Source: Auanema rhodensis (taxonomy: Eukaryota; Animalia; Nematoda). From it: DNA of 64,000 nucleotides. Under the pieces are notes generated by a model. That model saw nothing but the letters and a program-made list of their open reading frames with translations, ran no database searches and was not told where the DNA came from. This document shows positions 1 through 12,000 of this stretch, piece by piece. Numbering within the stretch: position 1 is the stretch's first letter; each line of letters starts with the position of its first letter. Location: the NCBI GenBank assembly GCA_964057225.1, contig OZ059895.1:868001-932000 (forward strand). The letters run 5' to 3'. Position numbers and translations under genes: made by a program.

Positions 1-105
1 CAGATCGACGCAGCTTAAAAATCCGCATCGAATGCACTATACTACATTGAGAAACGCTTAATACAAAAATTAGTTATGATCGTTTGAAAAATGATGCATT
101 AGTGT

Positions 106-133
106 ATGTTGAGTTTCCATGTACACTCAACAT
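106..133. repeat. Intra-monomer inverted repeat H1 (9-bp stem, 10-nt loop), present in almost every monomer; first copy given
   Basis: ATGTTGAGT (106-114) ttccatgtac ACTCAACAT (125-133) are perfect reverse complements. Confidence 0.9.
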
Positions 134-283
134 TGCTTCCAAAAACATTTTGACAAAAATTTTTTCGAAACATTTCAAAATAATTTAGCAAAAAGTAGAT
201 GTTTTTAGATTCCTTTTTTTGAGGCAAAGACGATGGACAATGTTATTCAACGAAAAAATTAATTCTTCAGGGTGAAAATTGAG

Positions 284-305
284 GATATAAGTGTAAACTT
301 ATATC
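284..305. repeat. Intra-monomer inverted repeat H3 (9-bp stem, 4-nt GTRA loop); first copy given
   Basis: GATATAAGT (284-292) GTAA or GTGA ACTTATATC (297-305). It overlaps a second dyad, ATATCA-gt-TGATAT (301-314). Confidence 0.9.
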
Positions 306-511
306 AGTTGATATCTCGGTGCATTTTTAAGCTAGCGCAAATCTGATAACACAAATCGACGCAGCTTAAAAATCCGCATCGAATGCACTATACTACATTG
401 AGAAACGCTTGATACAAAAATTAGTTATGATCGTTTGAAAAATGATGCATTAGTGTATGTTGAGTTTCCATGTACACTCAACATTGCTTCCAAAAACATT
501 TTGACAAAAAT

Positions 512-523
512 TTTTTCGAAAAA
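512..523. repeat. Intra-monomer palindrome H2, TTTTTCGAAAAA, within an A/T-tract cluster; example copy
   Basis: Perfect 12-bp palindrome, extendable imperfectly to TTTTGA...TCAAAA. It is broken in common variants (CGAAACAT, TTGGAAAA, CGAAGAAA). Confidence 0.75.
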
Positions 524-1368
524 TTTCAAAATAATTTAGCAGAAAGTAGATGTTTTTAGATTCCATTTTTCAAAGCAAAGACGATGGACAATGTTATTCA
601 ACGAAAAAATTAATTCTTCAGGGTGAAAATCGAGGATATAAGTGTGAACTTATATCAGTTGATATCTCGGTGCATTTTTAAGTTAGCGCAAATCTGATAA
701 CACAGATCGACGCAGCTTAAAAATCCGCATCGAATGCATTATACTACATTGAGAAACGCTTAATACAAAAATTAGTTATGATCGTTTGAAAAATGATGCA
801 TTAGTGTATGTTGAGTTTCCATGTACACTCAACATTGCTTCCAAAAACATTTTGACAAAAATTTTTTCGAAACATTTCAAAATAATTTAGCAAAAAGTAG
901 ATGTTTTTAGATTCCTTTTTTTGAGGCAAAGACGATGGACAATGTTATTCAACGAAAAAATTAATTCTTCAGGGTGAAAATTGAGGATATAAGTGTGAAC
1001 TTATATCAGTTGATATCTCGGTGCATTTTTAAGCTAGCGCAAATCTGATAACACAAATCGACGCAGCTTAAAAATCCGCATCGAATGCACTATACTACAT
1101 TGAGAAACGCTTAATACAAAAATTTGTTATGATCGTTTGAAAAATGATGCATTAGTGTATGTTGAGTTTCCATGTACACTCAACATTGCTTCCAAAAACA
1201 TTTTGACAAAAATTTTTTCGAAACATTGCAAAATAATTCAGCAAAAAGTAGATGTTTTTAGATTCCTTTTTTCAAGGCAAAGACGATGGACAATGTTATT
1301 CAACGAAAAAATTAATTCTTCAGGGTGAAAATCGAGGATATAAGTGTGAACTTATATCAGTTGATATC

Positions 1369-1435
1369 TCGGTGCATTTTTAAGCTAGCGCAAATCTGAT
1401 AACACAGATCGACGCAGCTTAAAAATCCGCATCGA
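1369..1435. repeat. Long imperfect inverted repeat H4 (about 67 nt); example copy
   Basis: ATTTTTAAGCT (1376-1386) pairs with AGCTTAAAAAT (1416-1426), 11 bp perfect. Inner pairs are GCG/CGC and ATCTG/CAGAT around the loop ATAACA. The outer pair is TCGGTGC/GCATCGA with one G-T. Confidence 0.88.
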
Positions 1436-4400
1436 ATGCACTATACTACATTGAGAAACGCTTAATACAAAAATTAGTTATGATCGTTTGAAAAATGATG
1501 CATTAGTGTATGTTGAGTTTCCATGTACACTCAACATTGCTTCCAAAAACATTTTGACAAAAAGTTTTTCGAAAAATTTCAAAATAATTTAGCAAAAAGT
1601 AGATGTTTTTAGATTTCTTTTTTCAAGGCAAAGACGATGGACAATGTTATTCAACGAAAAAATTAATTCTTCAGGGTGAAAATCGAGGATATAAGTGTGA
1701 ACTTATATCAGTTGATATCTCGGTGCATTTTTAAGCTAGCGCAAATCTGATAACACAGATCGACGCAGCTTAAAAATCCGCATCGAGTGCACTATACTAC
1801 ATTGAGAAACGCTTAATACAAAAATTAGTTATGATCGTTTGAAAAATGATGCATTAGTGTATGTTGAGTTTCCATGTACACTCAACATTGCTTCCAAAAA
1901 CATTTTGACAAAAATTTTTTCGAAAAATTTCAAAATAATTTAGCAAAAAGTAGATGTTTTTAGATTCCATTTTTCAAAGCAAAGACGATGGACAATGTTA
2001 TTCAACGAAAAAATTAATTCTTCAGGGTGAAAATCGAGGATATAAGTGTGAACTTATATCAGTTGATATCTCGGTGCATTTTTAAGCTAGCGCAAATCTG
2101 ATAACACAGATCGACGCAGCTTAAAAATCCGCATCGAATGCACTATACTACACTGAGAAACGCTTAATACAAAAATTAGTTATGATCGTTTGAAAAATGA
2201 TGCATTAGTGTATGTTGAGTTTCCATGTACACTCAACATTGCTTCCAAAAACATTTTGACAAAAATTTTTTCGAAAAATTTCAAAATAATTTAGCAAAAA
2301 GTAGATGTTTTTAGATTCCTTTTTTTGAGGCAAAGACGATGGACAATGTTATTCAACGAAAAAATTAATTCTTCAGGGTGAAAATTGAGGATATAAGTGT
2401 GAACTTATATCAGTTGATATCTCGGTGCATTTTTAAGCTAGCGAAAATCTGATAACACAAATCGACGCAGCTTAAAAATCCGCATCGAATGCACTATACT
2501 ACATTGAGAAACGCTTAATACAAAAATTAGTTATGATCGTTTCGAAAATGATGCATTAGTGTATGTTGAGTTTCCATGTACACTCAATATTGCTTCCAAA
2601 AACATTTTGACAAAAATTTTTTCGAAACATTTCAAAATAATTTAGCAAAAAGTAGATGTTTTTAGATTCCTTTTTTTGAGGCAAAGACGATGGACAATGT
2701 TATTCAACAAAAAAATTAATTCTTCAGGGTGAAAATTGAGGATATAAGTGTGAACTTATATCAGTTGATATCTCGGTGCATTTTCAAGCTAGCGCAAATC
2801 TGATAACACAAATCGACGCAGCTTAAAAATCCGCATCGAATGCACTATACTACATTGAGAAACGCTTAATACAAAAATTAGTTATGATCGTTTGAAAAAT
2901 GATGCATTAGTGTATGTTGAGTTTCCATGTACACTCAACATTGCTTCCAAAAACATTTTGACAAAAATTTTTTCGAAAAATTTCAAAATAATTTAGCAAA
3001 AAGTAGATGTTTTTAGATTCCTTTTTTTGAGGCAAAGACGATGGACAATGTTATTCAACGAAAAAATTAATTCTTCAGGGTGAAAATTGAGGATATAAGT
3101 GTGAACTTATATCAGTTGATATCTCGGTGCATTTTTAAGCTAGCGAAAATCTGATAACACAAATCGACGCAGCTTAAAAATCCGCATCGAATGCACTATA
3201 CTACATTGAGAAACGCTTAATACAAAAATTAGTTATGATCGTTTCGAAAATGATGCATTAGTGTATGTTGAGTTTCCATGTACACTCAATATTGCTTCCA
3301 AAAACATTTTGACAAAAATTTTTTCGAAACATTTCAAAATAATTTAGCAAAAAGTAGATGTTTTTAGATTCCTTTTTTTGAGGCAAAGACGATGGACAAT
3401 GTTATTCAACGAAAAAATTAATTCTTCAGGGTGAAAATTGAGGATATAAGTGTGAACTTATATCAGTTGATATCTCGGTGCATTTTCAAGCTAGCGCAAA
3501 TCTGATAACACAAATCGACGCAGCTTAAAAATCCGCATCGAATGCACTATACTACATTGAGAAACGCTTAATACAAAAATTAGTTATGATCGTTTGAAAA
3601 ATGATGCATTAGTGTATGTTGAGTTTCCATGTACACTCAATATTGCTTCCAAAAACATTTTGACAAAAATTTTTTCGAAAAATTTCAAAATAATTTAGCA
3701 AAAAGTAGATGTTTTTAGATTCCATTTTTCAAGGCAAAGACGATGGACAATGTTATTCAACGAAAAAAATAATTCTTCAGGGTGAAAATCGAGGATATAA
3801 GTGTGAACTTATATCAGTTGATATCTCGGTGCATTTTTAAGCTAGCGCAAATCTGATAACACAGATCGACGCAGCTTAAAAATCCGCATCGAATGCACTA
3901 TACTACACTGAGAAACGCTTAATACAAAAATTAGTTATGATCGTTTGAAAAATGATGCATTAGTGTATGTTGAGTTTCCATGTACACTCAACATTGCTTC
4001 CAAAAACATTTTGACAAAAATTTTTTCGAAAAATTTCAAAATAATTTAGCAAAAAGTACATGTTTTTAGATTCCATTTTTCAAGGCAAAGACGATAGACA
4101 ATGTTATTCAATGAAAAAATTAATTCTTCAGGGTGAAAATCGAGGATATAAGTGTGAACTTATATCAGTTGATATCTCGGTGCATTTTTAAGCTAGCGCA
4201 AATCTGATAACACAGATCGACGCAGCTTAAAAATCCGCATCGAGTGCACTATACTACATTGAGAAACGCTTAATACAAAAATTAGTTATGATCGTTTGAA
4301 AAATGATGCATTAGTGTATGTTGAGTTTCCATGTACACTCAACATTGCTTCCAAAAACATTTTGACAAAAATTTTTTCGAAAAATTTCAAAATAATTCAG

Positions 4401-5984
4401 CAAAAAGTAGATGTTTTTAGATTCCATTTTTCAAAGCAAAGACGATGGACAATGTTATTCAACGAAAAAATTAATTCTTCAGGGTGAAAATCGAGGATAT
4501 AAGTGTGAACTTATATCAGTTGATATCTCGGTGCATTTTTAAGCTAGCGCAAATCTGATAACACAGATCGACGCAGCTTAAAAATCCGCATCGAATGCAC
4601 TATACTACATTGAGAAACGCTTAATACAAAAATTAGTTATGATCGTTTGAAAAATGATGCATTAGTGTATGTTGAGTTTCCATGTACACTCAACATTGCT
4701 TCCAAAAACATTTTGACAAAAATTTTTTCGAAACATTTCAAAATAATTTAGCAAAAAGTAGATGTTTTTAGATTCCTTTTTTTGAGGCAAAGACGATGGA
4801 CAATGTTATTCAACGAAAAAATTAATTCTTCAGGGTGAAAATTGAGGATATAAGTGTAAACTTATATCAGTTGATATCTCGGTGCATTTTTAAGCTAGCG
4901 CAAATCTGATAACACAAATCGACGCAGCTTAAAAATCCGCATCGAATGCACTATACTACATTGAGAAACGCTTAATACAAAAATTAGTTATGATCGTTTG
5001 AAAAATGATGCATTAGTGTATGTTGTGTTTCCATGTACACTCAACATTGCTTCCAAAAACATTTTGACAAAAATTTTTTCGAAACATTTCAAAATAATTT
5101 AGCAAAAAGTAGATGTTTTTAGATTCCTTTTTTTGAGGCAAAGACGATGGACAATGTTATTCAACGAAAAAATTAATTCTTCAGGGTGAAAATTGAGGAT
5201 ATAAGTGTAAACTTATATCAGTTGATATCTCGGTGCATTTTTAAGCTAGCGCAAATCTGATAACACAAATCGACGCAGCTTAAAAATCCGCATCGAATGC
5301 ACTATACTACATTGAGAAACGCTTAATACAAAAATTAGTTATGATCGTTTGAAAAATGATGCATTAGTGTATGTTGTGTTTCCATGTACACTCAACATTG
5401 CTTCCAAAAACATTTTGACAAAAATTTTTTCGAAACATTTCAAAATAATTTAGCAAAAAGTAGATGTTTTTAGATTCCTTTTTTTGAGGCAAAGACGATG
5501 GACAATGTTATTCAACGAAAAAATTAATTCTTCAGGGTGAAAATTGAGGATATAAGTGTGAACTTATATCAGTTGATATCTCGGTGCATTTTTAAGCTAG
5601 CGAAAATCTGATAACACAAATCGACGCAGCTTAAAAATCCGCATCGAATGCACTATACTACATTGAGAAACGCTTAATACAAAAATTAGTTATGATCGTT
5701 TCGAAAATGATGCATTAGTGTATGTTGAGTTTCCATGTACACTCAATATTGCTTCCAAAAACATTTTGACAAAAATTTTTTCGAAACATTTCAAAATAAT
5801 TTAGCAAAAAGTAGATGTTTTTAGATTCCTTTTTTTGAGGCAAAGACGATGGACAATGTTATTCAACGAAAAAATTAATTCTTCAGGGTGAAAATTGAGG
5901 ATATAAGTGTGAACTTATATCAGTTGATATCTCGGTGCATTTTCAAGCTAGCGCAAATCTGATAACACAAATCGACGCAGCTTA

Positions 5985-6081
5985 AAAATCCGCATTGAAT
6001 GCACTATACTACATTGAGAAACGCTTAATACAAAAATTAGTTATGATCGTTTGAAAAATGATGCATTAGTGTATGTTGAGT
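5985..6081. other. Inversion junction: 96-bp non-palindromic spacer (5985-6080) between the inverted satellite arms
   Basis: ...GTGTATGTTGAG-T-AAGCTGCGTCG: forward monomer position 114 joins reverse-strand monomer position 17. One T (6081) is shared and there are no inserted bases. GCAGCTTA ending at 5984 mirrors TAAGCTGC starting at 6081. Confidence 0.97.
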
Positions 6082-9000
6082 AAGCTGCGTCGATCTGTGT
6101 TATCAGATTTGCGCTAGCTTAAAAATGCACCGAGATATCAACTGATATAAGTTCACACTTATATCCTCGATTTTCACCCTGAAGAATTGATTTTTTCGTT
6201 GAATAACATTGTCTATCGTCTTTGCCTTGAAAAATGGAATCTAAAAACATCTACTTTTTGCTAAATTATTTTGAAATTTTTCGAAAAAATTTTTGTCAAA
6301 ATGTTTTTGGAAGCAATGTTGAGTGTACATGGAAACTCAACATACACTAATGCATCATTTTTCAAACGATCATAACTAATTTTTGTATCAAGCGTTTCTC
6401 AATGTAGTATAGTGCATTCGATGCGGATTTTTAAGCTGCGTCGATCTGTGTTATCAGATTTGCGCTAGCTTAAAAATGCACCGAGATATCAACTGATATA
6501 AGTTCACACTTATATCCTCGATTTTCACCCTGAAGAATTAATTTTTTCGTTGAATAACATTGTCCATCGTCTTTGCCTTGAGAAAGGGAACCTAAAAACA
6601 TCTACTTTTTGCTAAATTATTTTGAAATTTTTGGAAAAAATTTTTGTCAAAATGTTTTTGGAAGCAATGTTGAGTGTACATTTAAACTCAACATACACTA
6701 ATGCATCATTTTTCAAACGATCATAACTAATTTTTGTTCAAGCGTTTCTCAATGTAGTATAGTGCATTCGATGCGGATTTTTAAGCTGCGTCGATCTGTG
6801 TTATCAGATTTGCGCTAGCTTAAAAATGCACCGAGATATCAACTGATATAAGTTCACACTTATATCCTCGATTTTCACCCTGAAGAATTGATTTTTTCGT
6901 TGAATAACATTGTCTATCGTCTTTGCCTTGAAAAATGGAATCTAAAAACATCTACGTTTTGCTAAATTATTTTGAAATTTTTCGAAAAAATTTTTGTCAA
7001 AATGTTTTTGGAAGCAATGTTGAGTGTACATGGAAACTCAACATACACTAATGCATCATTTTTCAAACAATCATAACTAATTTTTGTATCAAACGTTTCT
7101 CAATGTAGTATAGTGCATTCGATGCGGATTTTTAAGCTGCGTCGATCTGTGTTATCAGATTTGCGCTAGCTTAAAAATGCACCGAGATATCAACTGATAT
7201 AAGTTCACACTTATATCCTCGATTTTCACCCTGAAGAATTGATTTTTTCGTTGAATAACATTGTCTATCGTCTTTGCCTTGAAAAATGGAATCTAAAAAC
7301 ATCTACTTTTTGCTAAATTATTTTGAAATTTTTCGAAAAAATTTTTGTCAAAATGTTTTTGGAAGCAATGTTGAGTGTACATGGAAACTCAACATACACT
7401 AATGCATCATTTTTCAAACGATCATAACTAATTTTTGTATCAAGCGTTTCTCAATGTAGTATAGTGCATTCGATGCGGATTTTTAAGCTGCGTCGATCTG
7501 TGTTATCAGATTTGCGCTAGCTTAAAAATGCACCGAGATATCAACTGATATAAGTTCACACTTATATCCACGATTTTCACCCTGAAGAATTAATTTTTTC
7601 GTTGAATAACATTGTCCATCGTCTTTGCCTTGAAAAATGGAATCTAAAAACATCTACTTTTTGCTAAATTATTTTGAAATTTTTCGAAAAAATTTTTGTC
7701 AAAATGTTTTTGGAAGCAATGTTGAGTGTACATGGAAACTCAACATACACTAATGCATCATTTTTCAAACAATCATAACTAATTTGTGTATTAAGCGTTT
7801 CTCAATGTAGTATAGTGCATTCGATGCGGATTTTTAAGCTGCGTCGATCTGTGTTATCAGATTTGCGCTAGCTTAAAAATGCACCGAGATATCAACTGAT
7901 ATAAGTTCACACTTATATCCTCGATTTTCACCCTGAAGAATTGATTTTTTCGTTGAATAACATTGTCTATCGTCTTTGCCTCGAAAAATGGAATCTAAAA
8001 ACATCTACTTTTTGCTAAATTATTTTGAAATTTTTCGAAGAAATTTTTGTCAAAATGTTTTTGGAAGCAATGTTGAGTGTACATGGAAACTCAACATACA
8101 CTAATGCATCATTTTTCAAACAATCATAACTAATTTGTGTATTAAGCGTTTCTCAATGTAGTATAGTGCATTCGATGCGGATTTTTAAGCTGCGTCGATC
8201 TGTGTTATCAGATTTGCGCTAGCTTAAAAATGCACCGAGATATCAACTGATATAAGTTTACACTTATATCCTCGATTTTCACCCTGAAGAATTGATTTTT
8301 TCGTTGAATAACATTGTCTATCGTCTTTGCCTTGAAAAATGAAATCTAAAAACATCTACTTTTTGCTAAATTATTTTGAAATTTTTGGAAAAAATTTTTG
8401 TCAAAATGTTTTTGGAAGCAATGTTGAGTGTACATGGAAACTCAACATACACTAATGCATCATTTTTCAAACGATCATAACTAATTTTTGTATCAAGCGT
8501 TTCTCAATGTAGTATAGTGCATTCGATGCGGATTTTTAAGCTGCGTCGATCTGTGTTATCAGATTTGCGCTAGCTTAAAAATGCACCGAGATATCAACTG
8601 ATATAAGTTCACACTTATATCCTCGATTTTCACCCTGAAGAATTGATTTTTTCGTTGAATAACATTGTCTATCGTCTTTGCCTTGAAAAATGGAATCTAA
8701 AAACATCTACGTTTTGCTAAATTATTTTGAAATTTTTCGAAAAAATTTTTGTCAAAATGTTTTTGGAAGCAATGTTGAGTGTACATGGAAACTCAACATA
8801 CACTAATGCATCATTTTTCAAACAATCATAACTAATTTTTGTATCAAACGTTTCTCAATGTAGTATAGTGCATTCGATGCGGATTTTTAAGCTGCGTCGA
8901 TCTGTGTTATCAGATTTGCGCTAGCTTAAAAATGCACCGAGATATCAACTGATATAAGTTCACACTTATATCCTCGATTTTCACCCTGAAGAATTGATTT

Positions 9001-12000
9001 TTTCGTTGAATAACATTGTCTATCGTCTTTGCCTCGAAAAATGGAATCTAAAAACATCTACTTTTTGCTAAATTATTTTGAAATTTTTCGAAGAAATTTT
9101 TGTCAAAATGTTTTTGGAAGCAATGTTGAGTGTACATGGAAACTCAACATACACTAATGCATCATTTTTCAAACAATCATAACTAATTTGTGTATTAAGC
9201 GTTTCTCAATGTAGTATAGTGCATTCGATGCGGATTTTTAAGCTGCGTCGATCTGTGTTATCAGATTTGCGCTAGCTTAAAAATGCACCGAGATATCAAC
9301 TGATATAAGTTTACACTTATATCCTCGATTTTCACCCTGAAGAATTGATTTTTTCGTTGAATAACATTGTCTATCGTCTTTGCCTTGAAAAATGAAATCT
9401 AAAAACATCTACTTTTTGCTAAATTATTTTGAAATTTTTGGAAAAAATTTTTGTCAAAATGTTTTTGGAAGCAATGTTGAGTGTACATGGAAACTCAACA
9501 TACACTAATGCATCATTTTTCAAACGATCATAACTAATTTTTGTATCAAGCGTTTCTCAATGTAGTATAGTGCATTCGATGCGGATTTTTAAGCTGCGTC
9601 GATCTGTGTTATCAGATTTGCGCTAGCTTAAAAATGCACCGAGATATCAACTGATATAAGTTCACACTTATATCCTCGATTTTCACCCTGAAGAATTGAT
9701 TTTTTCGTTGAATAACATTGTCTATCGTCTTTGCCTTGAAAAATGGAATCTAAAAACATCTACGTTTTGCTAAATTATTTTGAAATTTTTCGAAAAAATT
9801 TTTGTCAAAATGTTTTTGGAAGCAATGTTGAGTGTACATGGAAACTCAACATACACTAATGCATCATTTTTCAAACAATCATAACTAATTTTTGTATCAA
9901 ACGTTTCTCAATGTAGTATAGTGCATTCGATGCGGATTTTTAAGCTGCGTCGATCTGTGTTATCAGATTTGCGCTAGCTTAAAAATGCACCGAGATATCA
10001 ACTGATATAAGTTCACACTTATATCCTCGATTTTCACCCTGAAGAATTGATTTTTTCGTTGAATAACATTGTCTATCGTCTTTGCCTTGAAAAATGGAAT
10101 CTAAAAACATCTACTTTTTGCTAAATTATTTTGAAATTTTTCGAAAAAATTTTTGTCAAAATGTTTTTGGAAGCAATGTTGAGTGTACATGGAAACTCAA
10201 CATACACTAATGCATCATTTTTCAAACGATCATAACTAATTTTTGTATCAAGCGTTTCTCAATGTAGTAGAGTGCATTCGATGCGGATTTTTAAGCTGCG
10301 TCGATCTGTGTTATCAGATTTGCGCTAGCTTAAAAATGCACCGAGATATCAACTGATATAAGTTCACACTTATATCCTCGATTTTCACCCTGAAGAATTA
10401 ATTTTTTCGTTGAATAACATTGTCCATCGTCTTTGCCTTGAGAAATGGAATCTAAAAACATCTACTTTTTGCTAAATTATTTTGAAATTTTTGGAAAAAA
10501 TTTTTGTCAAAATGTTTTTGGAAGCAATGTTGAGTGTACATGGAAACTCAACATACACTAATGCATCATTTTTCAAACGATCATAACTAATTTTTGTATC
10601 AAACGTTTCTCAATGTAGTATAGTGCATTCGATGCGGATTTTTAAGCTGCGTCGATCTGTGTTATCAGATTTGCGCTAGCTTAAAAATGCACCGAGATAT
10701 CAACTGATATAAGTTCACACTTATATCCTCGATTTTCACCCTGAAGAATTGATTTTTTCGTTGAATAACATTGTCTATCGTCTTTGCCTTGAAAAATGGA
10801 ATCTAAAATCATCTACTTTTTGCTAAAATATTTCGAAATTTTTCGAAGAAATTTTTGTCAAAATGTTTTTGGAAGCAATGTTGAGTGTACATGGAAACTC
10901 AACATACACTAATGCATCATTTTTCAAACAATCATAACTAATTTGTGTATTAAGCGTTTCTCAATGTAGTATAGTGCATTCGATGCGGATTTTTAAGCTG
11001 CGTCGATCTGTGTTATCAGATTTGCGCTAGCTTAAAAATGCACCGAGATATCAACTGATATAAGTTCACACTTATATCCTCGATTTTCACCCTGAAGAAT
11101 TGATTTTTTCGTTGAATAACATTGTCCATCGTCTTTGCCTTGAAAAATGGAATCTAAAAACATCTACTTTTTGCTAAATTATTTTGAAATTTTTGGAAAA
11201 AAATTTTTGTCAAAATGTTTTTGGAAGCAATGTTGAGTGTACATGGAAACTCAACATACACTAATGCATCATTTTTCAAACGATCATAACTAATTTTTGT
11301 ATCAAACGTTTCTCAATGTAGTATAGTGCATTCGATGCGGATTTTTAAGCTGCGTCGATCTGTGTTATCAGATTTGCGCTAGCTTAAAAATGCACCGAGA
11401 TATCAACTGATATAAGTTCACACTTATATCCTCGATTTTCACCCTGAAGAATTGATTTTTTCGTTGAATAACATTGTCTATCGTCTTTGCCTCGAAAAAT
11501 GGAATCTAAAAACATCTACTTTTTGCTAAATTATTTTGAAATTTTTCGAAGAAATTTTTGTCAAAATGTTTTTGGAAGCAATGTTGAGTGTACATGGAAA
11601 CTCAACATACACTAATGCATCATTTTTCAAACAATCATAACTAATTTGTGTATTAAGCGTTTCTCAATGTAGTATAGTGCATTCGATGCGGATTTTTAAG
11701 CTGCGTCGATCTGTGTTATCAGATTTGCGCTAGCTTAAAAATGCACCGAGATATCAACTGATATAAGTTCACACTTATATCCTCGATTTTCACCCTGAAG
11801 AATTGATTTTTTCGTTGAATAACATTGTCTATCGTCTTTGCCTCGAAAAATGGAATCTAAAAACATCTACTTTTTGCTAAATTATTTTGAAATTTTTCGA
11901 AGAAATTTTTGTCAAAATGTTTTTGGAAGCAATGTTGAGTGTACATGGAAACTCAACATACACTAACGCATCATTTTTCAAACAATCATAACTAATTTGT

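Larger units (their letters stand above)
1..6081 (+). repeat. 351-bp satellite array, left arm (about 17.3 monomers, orientation arbitrarily called +), open at the window's left edge
   Basis: CA(G/A)ATCGACGCAGCTTAAAAATCCGCAT recurs at 1, 352, 703 ... 5968 (exact 351-bp period, no net indel). The last monomer is truncated at monomer position 114 (...GTATGTTGAGT). Confidence 0.99.

Noticed and set aside
284-336. Helitron 3' end (hairpin then CTAG) or MITE origin of the monomer
   Set aside because: The hairpin is AT-rich and about 27 bp from the CTAG. I found no terminal inverted repeats bounding a unit, no target-site duplication and no element ends. A transposon ancestry cannot be excluded but is unsupported here.
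1-351. Tandem 5S rRNA, tRNA, snRNA or hammerhead-ribozyme unit
   Set aside because: I recognised no pol III A/B/C boxes, cloverleaf or complete hammerhead core by eye. An Rfam/Infernal scan would be the decisive test.
1-351. Monomer as a dimer of about 175-bp subunits
   Set aside because: I found no convincing alignment between the halves beyond A/T tracts.
1-351. Assignment to a known satellite of similar length (Drosophila 1.688/359-bp family, tenebrionid satellites of about 350-360 bp)
   Set aside because: Only length and AT content are similar. I do not recognise sequence identity, so a database search is needed.
1137-4487. Two 63-aa ORFs (MKNDALV...)
   Set aside because: They have a TTG start and arise from a TAG>CAG SNP in two monomers only.
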